Shown here: positions 18,971 through 28,155 of the stretch, in pieces | Position numbering within the stretch: the stretch's first letter is position 1 | Layout: the number at the start of each line of letters is the position of its first letter | Virus record (IMG/VR): IMGVR_UViG_3300025133_000022 | Coordinates: 1 to 64,000 of that record | Direction: 5' to 3' (one strand) | Length of the DNA stretch: 64,000 bases | Source of the DNA: a virus | Notes under the pieces: model-generated | What the model was told of the DNA's origin: nothing | The model's database searches: none | Seen by the model: only the letters and a program-made list of their open reading frames with translations | Made by a program: the position numbers and the translations under genes

Positions 18971-19155
18971 GAAACTTCACCACCATCGAACGAGGAACTG
19001 TCAATGACATGCCGTATTACGTGGCACGTCGACACTCAGACGGATGGACAAGATGCTGGATCAAACGAGGCGATCGCAACATCCGTCGATCCATGAATTG
19101 GCTTCGCAAGCAGAAAAAGCTCAACACCGTTACAACCCACTGGAAAAAACAATGA
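18967..19155 (+). CDS. Hypothetical protein
   Basis: ATGA overlaps. Confidence 0.6.
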   Translation: MRNFTTIERGTVNDMPYYVARRHSDGWTRCWIKRGDRNIRRSMNWLRKQKKLNTVTTHWKKQ

Positions 19156-19355
19156 CCAAAATTCAAAAGGTCAAGGAACTACGACGTCGTACCGGATGCT
19201 CACTCTCTGAAAGCATGATGGCTCTACGACTTCATCACTACAACCTACAGGCTGCTACTACCCAGCTGCAAACAGGTAGTAGGAACTTTACTGCAATCCT
19301 AATCGACAAAATCCTGGCCTTAGAAGCCAGGATACAAGAACTAGAGGAACAATGA
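19152..19355 (+). CDS. Small protein with EF-Ts N-terminal / bL12-CTD-like helical domain
   Basis: KIQKVKELRRRTGCSLSESMMAL resembles KVKELRxxTGxxxxxCKxAL; C-terminal coil. Confidence 0.5.
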   Translation: MTKIQKVKELRRRTGCSLSESMMALRLHHYNLQAATTQLQTGSRNFTAILIDKILALEARIQELEEQ

Positions 19356-19636
19356 AACTCAAGAAACAAACTCCTCGACGTATCAGGCGTCGAGGATACG
19401 CTCTCTGCTGTAGGTGCGGGTGCGTTCTTCCGTCCACTAGCACCTGTTGCTATGCTTGTACTATCCAAACAACAGCAGGACCACCTCATGCCTCTACTTA
19501 GAGCAATTGCAGTAGCAGGAACAACAATTCTTGGTTTCGCCTTGCTCGCAGCTCTCAATGGCCACGAAATCTCTTTCATAATCTACATTCTCACTCCCCT
19601 GCTGACTGGTGGTGTCAGCACCATCCCAGAAGAACT

Positions 19637-19918
19637 ATGAGCAACTATGAAAGGGCTTGGAACAACTACATCATGTGGTGGCCCCTCAACCAAGAATGCA
19701 CAAAGTGCATTCACAAACAGAATATCGAACTCAAGGACATGCAAGCCCTCGGTATGTTCACCAGCGTGCAAGTACTGGATGACAAAGTCACCGGCTACGA
19801 AGCTAACGAAACCTCCCTGCTCTATCATGCAAGCAAATGCAAACTAAACAGGTTCCTGTCTCCTGGCTCCAACTGTTCTGGAAAGCAGAATAAAACACAA
19901 ACCTCAACGAGAACCTAA
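19637..19918 (+). CDS. Hypothetical protein
   Basis: ATGA overlap; Cys motifs. Confidence 0.55.
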   Translation: MSNYERAWNNYIMWWPLNQECTKCIHKQNIELKDMQALGMFTSVQVLDDKVTGYEANETSLLYHASKCKLNRFLSPGSNCSGKQNKTQTSTRT

Positions 19919-20145
19919 TGCATATACCAAACTACTGTGGCATGGCTATCCATAGCTACAATTGTATCAAGCATGGAAGCAACCCAAGTTCCTACCCAGC
20001 CAGTGGCACAGTCATGCTTCATGACAGCATGACATTTACCTTCATAGATCCGTCTGGCAAAATTCACATATGTCCAATAGCTGGCGCTATTCTTATGAAT
20101 GTAAAAGAAGTGGAAAACAGAGCTACAAGATATTCTCCCGCGTAA
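19918..20145 (+). CDS. Hypothetical protein
   Basis: TAATG overlap. Confidence 0.55.
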   Translation: MHIPNYCGMAIHSYNCIKHGSNPSSYPASGTVMLHDSMTFTFIDPSGKIHICPIAGAILMNVKEVENRATRYSPA

Positions 20146-20151
20146 ATCCAT

Positions 20152-20180
20152 GGCACCCGTAGGGTGCCTTCTCTTGTGAG
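20152..20180 (+). promoter_or_regulatory. Class I hairpin element
   Basis: GGCACCC-GTA-GGGTGCC TTCTCTTG TGAG. Confidence 0.55.
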
Positions 20181-20201
20181 ATTCAGACTCAGGAGAGAAC
20201 A

Positions 20202-20483
20202 ATGAATCCATTCGATAACCTAATTGCTGTTGCAACCTACAGCAACTACTCAACCTGTTTTATCAAAGAGCAAGCTGACAAGCACAATAAGCTACAGAAA
20301 GAAAGCATGTGGATGTGTGGTGCGCGCGACGGTAAAGATATCTTAAACCTCAGCCGTGTCAACGACGTTGTTTACCTGTTCACTCGTACTGGCACTGAAA
20401 ACACAGTCCAGCGTCTTCCTGGCGAACACAGTGCAGGCAAGCGGGAGCTCATCAAGCGCTTATTTCGCGCCAAATACAATTGA
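20202..20483 (+). CDS. Hypothetical protein
   Basis: AGGAG RBS. Confidence 0.7.
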   Translation: MNPFDNLIAVATYSNYSTCFIKEQADKHNKLQKESMWMCGARDGKDILNLSRVNDVVYLFTRTGTENTVQRLPGEHSAGKRELIKRLFRAKYN

Positions 20484-20488
20484 AAACA

Positions 20489-20517
20489 GGAGGCCACAGG
20501 CCTCCTTCTTCTTTGAG
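20489..20517 (+). promoter_or_regulatory. Class I hairpin element
   Basis: GGAGGCC-ACA-GGCCTCC TTCTTCTT TGAG. Confidence 0.55.
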
Positions 20518-20539
20518 CACTAACAGTTCTGGAGAATCA

Positions 20540-20827
20540 ATGAAAGAACTTACAAAACAGCTGCTGCTCGAAGCCGCTGAAGCCCTCGCGCAATGGAATC
20601 ACGGACAGGGCGTTAGCTGCGACAAAGATCTTATCCACAAGCTAAGAGAACACACCAACCCTCCCAAGCCCGTCTGGACAATCCTTAGTGGCTGCATTGT
20701 CCTTGGTGACACAGTACTTGGTTGGCACTGCCCAAACTACCGAGGCGAAGGTCCACCGATTTGCAACTACGAACTACATGGCGAAGACCAGTGTTCGTAC
20801 TGCGGTGAACCAGACGAGCGCAAGTAA
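20540..20827 (+). CDS. Hypothetical protein with C-terminal Cys motif
   Basis: GGAG RBS; HCP..C....CSYCGEPDERK. Confidence 0.7.
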   Translation: MKELTKQLLLEAAEALAQWNHGQGVSCDKDLIHKLREHTNPPKPVWTILSGCIVLGDTVLGWHCPNYRGEGPPICNYELHGEDQCSYCGEPDERK

Positions 20828-21056
20828 CCTGCTCTCTACATACGCAGTTTGTAATTAAGGCACCCCACTGGGTGCCTGTTCTTTATGAGCAAACTAATCT
20901 TGGGACTACCATGAACCTAATCGAACTAAATACCATCTCAACAACACGCTACCCATCGGGCATTGAGCTGACATACTCTAATGGCAATACGCTGTACTTG
21001 CCATACTTCAGTTTTGTGACAGTTGGAGTAGCTGCTGACAACTGGCTGGAGAACTC

Positions 21057-21380
21057 ATGAACAAAGAAGAAAAGATTCAATATCTTATGTTCCTGACGAA
21101 TGAGCGAGAAGCTCTTTGTTGGGCAGCTTTGGAAAGAAACTACCTAGACACAGAAGCAGCCTATAAGGACATCACCGGAAGAAGCCCAGTAGGGAAAATA
21201 GCAAAGATAAGATACTTGTGCCGCAACGTAGACATAAGTCTAAGAGAAGCAAAAGTTTCTCTAGAAAAAAACAACGACGACATAGAACTCACGTACACTC
21301 AGTTAAAGCCGTCAAATCTCAGAGAGAGAGTTGCAATCTTAGAAGCTCAAGTAAAAGCACTTCTTGCTGAACGCCAATAA
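21057..21380 (+). CDS. Small protein with bL12-CTD / EF-Ts-N-like motif
   Basis: GKIAKIRYLCRNVDISLREAKVSLE resembles KI.vIK.vR....gLkEAK..vE. Confidence 0.5.
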   Translation: MNKEEKIQYLMFLTNEREALCWAALERNYLDTEAAYKDITGRSPVGKIAKIRYLCRNVDISLREAKVSLEKNNDDIELTYTQLKPSNLRERVAILEAQVKALLAERQ

Positions 21381-21434
21381 GAACCCTTGAAAGGGTTCTT
21401 TTCTATGAGTACGACTGCAACTCATGGAGCAACT

Positions 21435-21821
21435 ATGGAACTAACCCCACAAGAACTAACTCTCTTTGCAGCCAGCGCTAGTGCAGCTGGCTACTTTCTC
21501 AAAAGCTATTTGCTCTACAGAAAGAATAAAGCCATACCTCCTAATGGGCTTCAAGGAGAAATCTATCCACAAGAACACTACCTGTTTGAAAACAGATATG
21601 TCACTATCCAAGATGTCCATCAAGACTATCTTGACATACACCTTTATGAAAAAACTCCTAGATATGACCAGCATACCATTGAAGTTTATCAAAACTCTTT
21701 CAGAAAATCAGCAATACGAGTAACTGCAGACCAAATAGCACAAGAAGTAAATATGCAAGCAATACTTGCTGCTAAACATACCAATGACATGCTAGCTGCA
21801 TATGCTGAGCTAGATAACTAG
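21435..21821 (+). CDS. Hypothetical protein with N-terminal TM
   Basis: GGAG RBS; hydrophobic N-terminus. Confidence 0.65.
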   Translation: MELTPQELTLFAASASAAGYFLKSYLLYRKNKAIPPNGLQGEIYPQEHYLFENRYVTIQDVHQDYLDIHLYEKTPRYDQHTIEVYQNSFRKSAIRVTADQIAQEVNMQAILAAKHTNDMLAAYAELDN

Positions 21822-21843
21822 GGAGGCAAAGCCTCCCTTGTGG
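21821..21843 (+). promoter_or_regulatory. Class II hairpin element (triloop, 8 nt, TGTGG)
   Basis: GGGAGGC-AAA-GCCTCCCT TGTGG. Confidence 0.45.
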
Positions 21844-21856
21844 AACAGGAGATATT

Positions 21857-22444
21857 ATGACCACAATAGCAATCATTGGTAGTGCCGGCAGAAAAGACGA
21901 CGCGCAACACATGAGTCCAGAACTCTACAGACGTATGTACGCTGCAACTCGACTGCGTATGTACCAGTGGAAACCCACTCGACTTATTAGCGGTGGGGCA
22001 GCGTGGGCTGACCATCTAGCCGTTCAGCTATACCTACAAAGACACGCACAAGCACTCAAACTCGTGCTGCCTGCCTACTTCAAAGACTGCAAGTACCTAA
22101 GTACAGGATATCGTAGTCCAGGAGGAATCAGCAATTATTACCACAAACTCATGAGCGACGTGGTCGGGTACAACACCCTCTCTGACATCCAAGCTGCCAT
22201 TGACCAAGGTGCAGAAATTGAAGTCATTCCTGGATTTAAAGCCAGAAACACACCAGTAGCACATGATGCAGACTATATGCTGGCCATGACCTTTGGCACC
22301 AGCAGTGGCTACTACACACAAGGTACACCTGGGTATGTACAGCCTGCAACAGCTGGGTTGAAACTCGGAGGCACAGCCGATACGTGGTTCAAATGCAGAA
22401 ATGCCCGCGCAAAATATCACAAGAACCTACACGAGCTATTGTAA
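21857..22444 (+). CDS. SLOG-superfamily (DprA/YAcAr-like Rossmann) protein
   Basis: IAIIGSAGR, LISGGAAWADHLA, FKARNT.VA..AD..LA, GGTADT. Confidence 0.7.
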   Translation: MTTIAIIGSAGRKDDAQHMSPELYRRMYAATRLRMYQWKPTRLISGGAAWADHLAVQLYLQRHAQALKLVLPAYFKDCKYLSTGYRSPGGISNYYHKLMSDVVGYNTLSDIQAAIDQGAEIEVIPGFKARNTPVAHDADYMLAMTFGTSSGYYTQGTPGYVQPATAGLKLGGTADTWFKCRNARAKYHKNLHELL

Positions 22445-22507
22445 CTAAGGCCCCCGTAAGGGGCCTTCTTCTATGAGTACTTACACTCATTCGCCACGGA
22501 ACCACCA

Positions 22508-22702
22508 ATGCCAAACCCCGTACCTACTTGGATCTCCAGAGATCCATATCCACCACAAATCCTTAAAAGCCGAGCTGGCTACTACATTGGCACCAAGACC
22601 CCCGAAGGCATGCCTTACGCCCGATGGACCAGCTACACCTCTAAAGAACAGTGCCGAGCATGGATCGATAGCGGCAACATCCCATACAGGTTGCACCCTT
22701 GA
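22508..22702 (+). CDS. Phage hypothetical protein
   Basis: ILKSRAGYYIG...PYAR motif. Confidence 0.6.
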   Translation: MPNPVPTWISRDPYPPQILKSRAGYYIGTKTPEGMPYARWTSYTSKEQCRAWIDSGNIPYRLHP

Positions 22703-23017
22703 ACGTCCAACAAATGGTATGCCTCGCCATGGACAATAACTGGCCTGCTGAAAGTCCAGAAGCATGGGAAGCAGCATGGACAGTAGGTGGCATTCAACAC
22801 ACCATACAAGCCCTGGGTGATGCACCATCAAGTACGAATATGTCATCCAACATGAAGATGACAAGTTCGCCCTGACTCTTAAAGGCAGTGAATACTGGCT
22901 AGCAAACTTCTCTGAAGGCTTCAACGACAGAAACACCAAGTAGCAATCAAACTAACCCAGCCCCCATCAGGGGGCTTACTTATTGAGTATTTCCACTCTA
23001 TTCTCACAAGAGTCACC

Positions 23018-23689
23018 ATGAAACTTCAAGTCAATGACAGCATCGTTACTCTACCCACCAGCTGTGCTTGCGGTGGTAATACTGCCTATTTTCTTAAGCG
23101 CGCCAATGGTACTAAAATCAGCATCGGCTGCACTTGCTGCACTGCCATCAGCATCAACATTAAGCAGCAGTCAACACATCGCGCCTATGGCAAAATCCTC
23201 ATTGCAGGTACATGGCATTGCAGCCCCACATACAAGGGGAATGTCTACCATTGTGGACAAATGATCGCAACATGGTTTAGTACCAAAGGTCAAGAAGTAG
23301 ACAGCCCCTGGGCTGTCTACTACAAGCCTATCATCGGTGGCTCCTACAAACTGCTATGTGAACAACACAATGGAGCTGCACTCCTACACAAGCACAGTTT
23401 CGAACAAATCTCTAGTGAAATACAAGACCTGCTAAACAAACTCTCTGACCTAGAGTACATCAAAAGCCAATGCCAGAAGTTGAATCAACATGGTATGGCC
23501 ATATGGGCAACACTTCCAAAACTCGATCCACCTTTCCAGCTGGTTCGAGACGCTGCCACTATGGGGCTTCTTAACGTAAAAGGCGGCAAGATGTTTCTCA
23601 CGGAAACAGGCCTTGCTTATGCTGACACCAGCACTGAAGGCTTCAACAGCAGAAAAGCATGGCACGGCTGGACGTGCAACAAATACTGA
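23018..23689 (+). CDS. Hypothetical protein
   Basis: 223 aa after a class I hairpin. Confidence 0.7.
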   Translation: MKLQVNDSIVTLPTSCACGGNTAYFLKRANGTKISIGCTCCTAISINIKQQSTHRAYGKILIAGTWHCSPTYKGNVYHCGQMIATWFSTKGQEVDSPWAVYYKPIIGGSYKLLCEQHNGAALLHKHSFEQISSEIQDLLNKLSDLEYIKSQCQKLNQHGMAIWATLPKLDPPFQLVRDAATMGLLNVKGGKMFLTETGLAYADTSTEGFNSRKAWHGWTCNKY

Positions 23690-24075
23690 TGAGCAACAGA
23701 AGAAGAACAGAACGCATTCAAGCTCGCGATGGTTCACGATGTTGCTGGTGTGGGTACCTGCTTTGCAATCGCACAGAATATACTCCTGACCAGCAACATC
23801 GCATTGCTACCCTTGAACACGTAATACCACTTAGCAAGGGTGGCAAAAACAGTGATGGCAACTATCGCGTTGCATGTCATGACTGCAACACCGTTCGTCA
23901 AACAGGATGGAAACCTGATGAAATAGTATACTATAAAAAGTGTCCACTAATTCATTTCTTAAAACGTATAAAACACCCTGTACGTAAAAAGTTTTGGTTG
24001 CCAACACGAAGCCGACCAAAAACACCTATCCTGCACCTGGTTAACACATGGCAACATACTCTCTCTACCTCCTAG
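23689..24075 (+). CDS. HNH endonuclease
   Basis: RDG.RCCWCG, TLEHVIPLSKGG.N...N..VAC..CN. Confidence 0.85.
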   Translation: MSNRRRTERIQARDGSRCCWCGYLLCNRTEYTPDQQHRIATLEHVIPLSKGGKNSDGNYRVACHDCNTVRQTGWKPDEIVYYKKCPLIHFLKRIKHPVRKKFWLPTRSRPKTPILHLVNTWQHTLSTS

Positions 24076-24287
24076 AAGCCGATGAAATAAAGCTTATTAA
24101 GAGCTCTGTGGATCCAGTGGAAATACGTAGAATTTCCAGAAGCAAAAAACTGCAAAAACGCGCTTCACGCCAAGGGAACAAACTTTGGTGTGAGCGTGAC
24201 AATCGGGTTCTCAGACTCGACCGCCTTGATAAAATCTGCTATCAACTCTGGCTTCAGCACCCAACACACCATACGCCCTGGACCTAA
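24048..24287 (+). CDS. Hypothetical protein
   Basis: Co-oriented. Confidence 0.55.
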   Translation: MATYSLYLLEADEIKLIKSSVDPVEIRRISRSKKLQKRASRQGNKLWCERDNRVLRLDRLDKICYQLWLQHPTHHTPWT

Positions 24288-24289
24288 TC

Positions 24290-24547
24290 ATGACAAATGT
24301 CCGTTTCGGCATCATCTCAGTAGCCTTGATAGCACTCCTGGCTGCTGCCAGTATCGATGGCTATAGCTTTAAGCTTATCAATGACAATTTAGAAGAAATC
24401 AAAGGACACATCATGCTTCATGATAGTGAAGCCTGCGTCATTCAAAGCGAAACGCTTGCTAACGAAGAGCTGGCTATCCAGCTTGTCCGTGCATGTGTCA
24501 AAACCCACCAAGAGCGCACCAATGCCAAAATATCAGAGCTACGCTGA
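24290..24547 (+). CDS. Protein with N-terminal signal/TM helix
   Basis: FGIISVALIALLAAASI. Confidence 0.6.
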   Translation: MTNVRFGIISVALIALLAAASIDGYSFKLINDNLEEIKGHIMLHDSEACVIQSETLANEELAIQLVRACVKTHQERTNAKISELR

Positions 24548-24731
24548 GCGAAATCGACATGGCTGCTGCGCAGTTACACGCTGCGAAAATCCACTTGACC
24601 CAGAAAATACTTGGATCAACAGCCTTAATGGCAATGAATATTGTGAATCATGCAAAAACTGGTTCTACAACAATCACGATCGCCATGCAAAAGGCCTTGT
24701 TAGAGCCTGGAGTAAGAAGCAAACCAATTGA
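24522..24731 (+). CDS. Cys-rich hypothetical protein
   Basis: CCAVTRC...YCESC. Confidence 0.5.
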   Translation: MPKYQSYAERNRHGCCAVTRCENPLDPENTWINSLNGNEYCESCKNWFYNNHDRHAKGLVRAWSKKQTN

Positions 24732-24855
24732 AGCTAGAGCGGGCGTAGCCCGCTTTTTATTGTGAGTATTTGTGGTGGTCCATACATGCTTTTAGAGAAG
24801 CCCTATCCCAGGGGCTTCTCTTTGAGGACTTTGCGCCTCCCAACAAAGGACCACC

Positions 24856-25287
24856 ATGATACCACTCACAACAAAACTCCTAGGAAAGAATTTTACAACT
24901 GCAACCCTAGGAAAAGTTTTAGGATCGCACATTCATGTCAGCGACATAGGGGCAATTCAAGAAGACGGTAGAAGAACCGCTGATCAAGCAGCATATACCG
25001 ACTCTACGGAAACTATGGCTATGCATGTCAGCCAAACAAGAAGAGACATTGCACTGCGCTCACATATGTACGAACGCGCTGCTCTTAGGGCAGTAGATGC
25101 CAGCCTGGCCGAACCAATTAGACGCAGTGCAGCACAACGAGCAAAACAAATAAAGCAAAAACAAAAAAGAGAGCTTGAAGAAGCTCTCGGCTCCCTGGTT
25201 ACAGAAGCTAGATGTAAAATAGCAAGAAGAGACATTCCATGGATCTTAGCTTACAGCCAAATGCTAAAAGGCGATGAAGGTGCCTAA
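24856..25287 (+). CDS. Hypothetical protein
   Basis: AAGGA RBS. Confidence 0.65.
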   Translation: MIPLTTKLLGKNFTTATLGKVLGSHIHVSDIGAIQEDGRRTADQAAYTDSTETMAMHVSQTRRDIALRSHMYERAALRAVDASLAEPIRRSAAQRAKQIKQKQKRELEEALGSLVTEARCKIARRDIPWILAYSQMLKGDEGA

Positions 25288-25371
25288 AGTGCGTAAGTTT
25301 CTCCGTCAATTTCTAGAGAATTTGAACAGATTGCAACACATGAACTTGCCATAAAGTTCCAAGGAGACATC

Positions 25372-25608
25372 TTGTATGCACTAAGATTAAAAAGCGTCAC
25401 CAAGCCAGGTGCTTGGGCCTATATTAGCTTATGGACAGGAACCAGACTGTATCGTTCCGCCTACAGCAAACTAGAACTTGCGACCCTTGAAGAAGCAACT
25501 TCCCTGATCCAAGAGATTAAAGACGCTTGGGAGTCAGGTCGAATCACTTCCTCAAGACTTACAAGTGAACGAATTAACTCAATTGAAATCTACAAGCTCC
25601 CATATTAA
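25372..25608 (+). CDS. Hypothetical protein
   Basis: AAGGAG RBS, TTG start. Confidence 0.55.
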   Translation: MYALRLKSVTKPGAWAYISLWTGTRLYRSAYSKLELATLEEATSLIQEIKDAWESGRITSSRLTSERINSIEIYKLPY

Positions 25609-25797
25609 AAGGAGCTAAGGGTGATCTGTAGTTTAGAGACCTTTAAAGTTAGTAGCGTTTCGGCAACCTACTCATGGAGATAACCTTCCAGCAAGTCTCA
25701 CTTGGGGAATCATGGATAAAACACAGGAAAAACTATCTGGATTTGGGGTTCAAATCCCCTTCAGATCACCCACTCTTAACAAACAATCAGGACGACT

Positions 25798-26082
25798 ATG
25801 GTAACCATTGCTACCACAATTGGAATCTTACTTTTTATCTTTGGATTGGCGGTACTATTCCTTACAGCCCGCCTGCCCAGTAGCAATACTGGAAGTGGAG
25901 TCGGAGCTATGGCGATGCTAGCCACAATAACTCTCTACTTCATTAGTGCTGGCATTATGGTCGCCAGCACCATACCGTTTGGCATAGCACTATATGCAGC
26001 CGGATACACCTTTCCTGCTATCCTTATAGGAGGTTTCGGATTTCTAACGATCGCTGCAAGTTTGTACTTTTGGTTTAGATAG
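25798..26082 (+). CDS. Three-TM membrane protein
   Basis: Hydrophobic segments. Confidence 0.65.
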   Translation: MVTIATTIGILLFIFGLAVLFLTARLPSSNTGSGVGAMAMLATITLYFISAGIMVASTIPFGIALYAAGYTFPAILIGGFGFLTIAASLYFWFR

Positions 26083-26202
26083 TGCACAGTCCAGATCACC
26101 CTCTGCATTCAGTATATTGCTTTTTCCAAATACTTTGCGTAGTGATGATCTTAGCAAGTGTTTTTACTCAATGCTAAATCACCCTAACCAACAGGAAAAA
26201 GA

Positions 26203-26646
26203 ATGAATCTCAAAGCATTCGCACCATACACCCTGGATCCAAGGACCTGGGGGTCCTGGGTCCCATCAAATCTCTTGCAAAAACATGCTTATGGTAACGA
26301 AAATCCAATTGCCATTGGACACGCTCCTGGAACTGGTTGGTTTATACTAACTAAAGATCCAGAAGAACGAATGCTCTTTTGCGAACACGAAATAGAGCCA
26401 ACAATCAACAACCCAGCTGAAATCAACTGGGGAGTCTGTGGTTTCCCAAGCCTGGAAGGCTCATGTTTAAATGCAATGGCATTGATAACCATTCTGAAAT
26501 TCACTCCTGCAGCAATGAAACAAGTGCTTGGCATGAGTGTCGGAAAAATCAGAAACATTAAAATTCACAATCGAGTGTTTTCATTAAGTAGGATCCACTC
26601 TGATATTTATCGAATTATCAATATCTTAAAAACACCAAAAATCTAA
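26203..26646 (+). CDS. Hypothetical protein, C-terminus weakly RNAP alpha-CTD/HhH-like
   Basis: SCLNAMALITI..LKFT..MKQVLGMSVGKIRNIK. Confidence 0.5.
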   Translation: MNLKAFAPYTLDPRTWGSWVPSNLLQKHAYGNENPIAIGHAPGTGWFILTKDPEERMLFCEHEIEPTINNPAEINWGVCGFPSLEGSCLNAMALITILKFTPAAMKQVLGMSVGKIRNIKIHNRVFSLSRIHSDIYRIINILKTPKI

Positions 26647-26658
26647 TCGGCTCAAATA

Positions 26659-26800
26659 AGTCCCGGCAAAAGTACACAGCAGGGCCTAAATAGACGACTA
26701 GGGGAGATGAGTTTTCTATCTCCAGTAACAAACAGTAGTTCAAGGTCTGAACTGCTCTTGAATAAGAGAACAAAGACCTAATTCGACAAATGCCGGGATT
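26659..26800 (+). ncRNA. Unassigned structured RNA with pseudoknot
   Basis: Closing stem AGTCCCGGCA/TGCCGGGATT, three internal hairpins, loop AGGTC complementary to downstream GACCT. Confidence 0.5.
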
Positions 26801-26859
26801 GAAAGATTCCTAAGACCCTCCGAAAGGAGGGTCTTAAATTGAGAGAACACACCATCTTA

Positions 26860-26887
26860 GCAGCGCGTAGCGCTGCTTGTGGGGTGA
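26860..26887 (+). promoter_or_regulatory. Class II hairpin element
   Basis: GCAGCGC-GTA-GCGCTGCT TGTGGGGTGA. Confidence 0.5.
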
Positions 26888-27070
26888 CAAGGTGTAGCCG
26901 TAGGCGAGAATCACCGAGTCCGTTCAACCAAACAAGACCGACGGTTAAAATGGCCGGTGGACCCGTCTTACCCTCCTTGTAGAGGTACATTTATACAACA
27001 TGCATTTAAAAGCAACTTCCGTACGAAATTGGTACCAGTTTCGACCAGTTGCGCTAATGCAAACGTATAC

Positions 27071-27112
27071 TCATGGGTGGCGCGCAGCGCCACCTGTGGG
27101 GCGAGAGTAGGT
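27071..27112 (+). repeat. 42-nt exact repeat (copy 1) containing a class II hairpin element
   Basis: TCATGGGTGGCGCGCAGCGCCACCTGTGGGGCGAGAGTAGGT, identical to 61175-61216. Confidence 0.9.
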
Positions 27113-28155
27113 GGTTACCTACTCAAGCTTGACTTCATGTCCAAAGGTACTGCAACTCCTAGAGTCCAGAAGCCTGACCACATGAGCAAAGTACATTGAT
27201 CTGAAACTTAGACACTGTTCTCCAAAAAGGAGTCTAGGACGAGGCTCTACAGATCATACCCAAGCCAGGTGTCTGGTCCTTCGGGACAGGGCCCTGGGGC
27301 GGCTTAGCGTCCATTAGGATAATCTGCGGTAACGCAGGAAAGGGAGAACAGACAAACTCCCGCCAATTAGTGCTTGCACTAAGGTCCAGCTAAGCAATCT
27401 CAGACTTCAGGTTAAAACCTGGACTATCACTTCAGTGGTGGGATAGTCGGTAAGTTGTAGGATGGAGAGATAAGCGATGTCTAACCCGGAGCAGTAGCAA
27501 TACTATTCGTAAGGAAGCACGTGAAGAGGTCCTGGGAAGGATTACCTCCATCCAAATCCATGCAACGAACGAGGAAAGTCAAGAGAAGTTGCGTTCATAA
27601 GGAGCAAAGCCAGCTCCCAAATAGTCCAATTGGGTAGAACCATAGGGCACGCAGCAGTACGGAGGATGAAAGGTCACAAACCTGGAATCCAATGACACCG
27701 GTAAAGGCGGCTACGCCGAATGCCACGAGAGAGTGTGGGACTTTGCAAACCAAAAGTTTGCGAACCTACTCGTCAAAGCACTCTCTCAGTCTGGGCTCAC
27801 GCTCGGAGTAAATCGAGCACTCCAAATTAAACAACGGAATCAAAACGCAAAAGTCTTTGACGACTATGAAGTGAAAGCAGCCTAAGACCAAGCCTCAAGA
27901 GGTCCTTGGTGTATGGAGTCCCGCAAGGACAAAATACTTGGTAGCTAGAAAGCATATGTGGACCCGCAATTCCACAAATGCAAGAAAGCGCCGATCAGCT
28001 CATAGTAAGGGAGACTGGAACCCTCAAAAGACCAGTGGCTGTGGCATGTACCTGTGGCAACACAGGTGGACACGTTCTTAGCTATTAGGCCTCGCAGCCT
28101 AATCGGTACGGGAATTAAAGAATGACCACAAGAAGACTTAATCTCAGTCTTCTCT
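27095..28155 (+). ncRNA. Large structured ncRNA, GOLLD-like
   Basis: About 1 kb with no credible long ORF and dense hairpins. Segments GCAATCTCAG, GGTTAAAACCTGGACTATC, GTCTAACCC, GAGTCCCGCAAGG, GNRA hairpin+GGACACG and a terminal TAATCTCA-loop hairpin resemble GOLLD motifs as recalled (not searched). Confidence 0.55.

Noticed and set aside
25288-25360. Group II intron start (GTGCG)
   Set aside because: It is a short GTG-started ORF; no domain V motif or RT gene is in the window.
27568-27590. RNase P RNA (GAGGAAAGTC)
   Set aside because: No matching P4 3' strand (AGAACCCGGCTTA-like) was found.
27095-28155. Complete tmRNA gene
   Set aside because: A tag-like frame and pseudoknots exist, but I found no GGGG 5' end pairing with a T-arm-CCA 3' end in either normal or permuted order.
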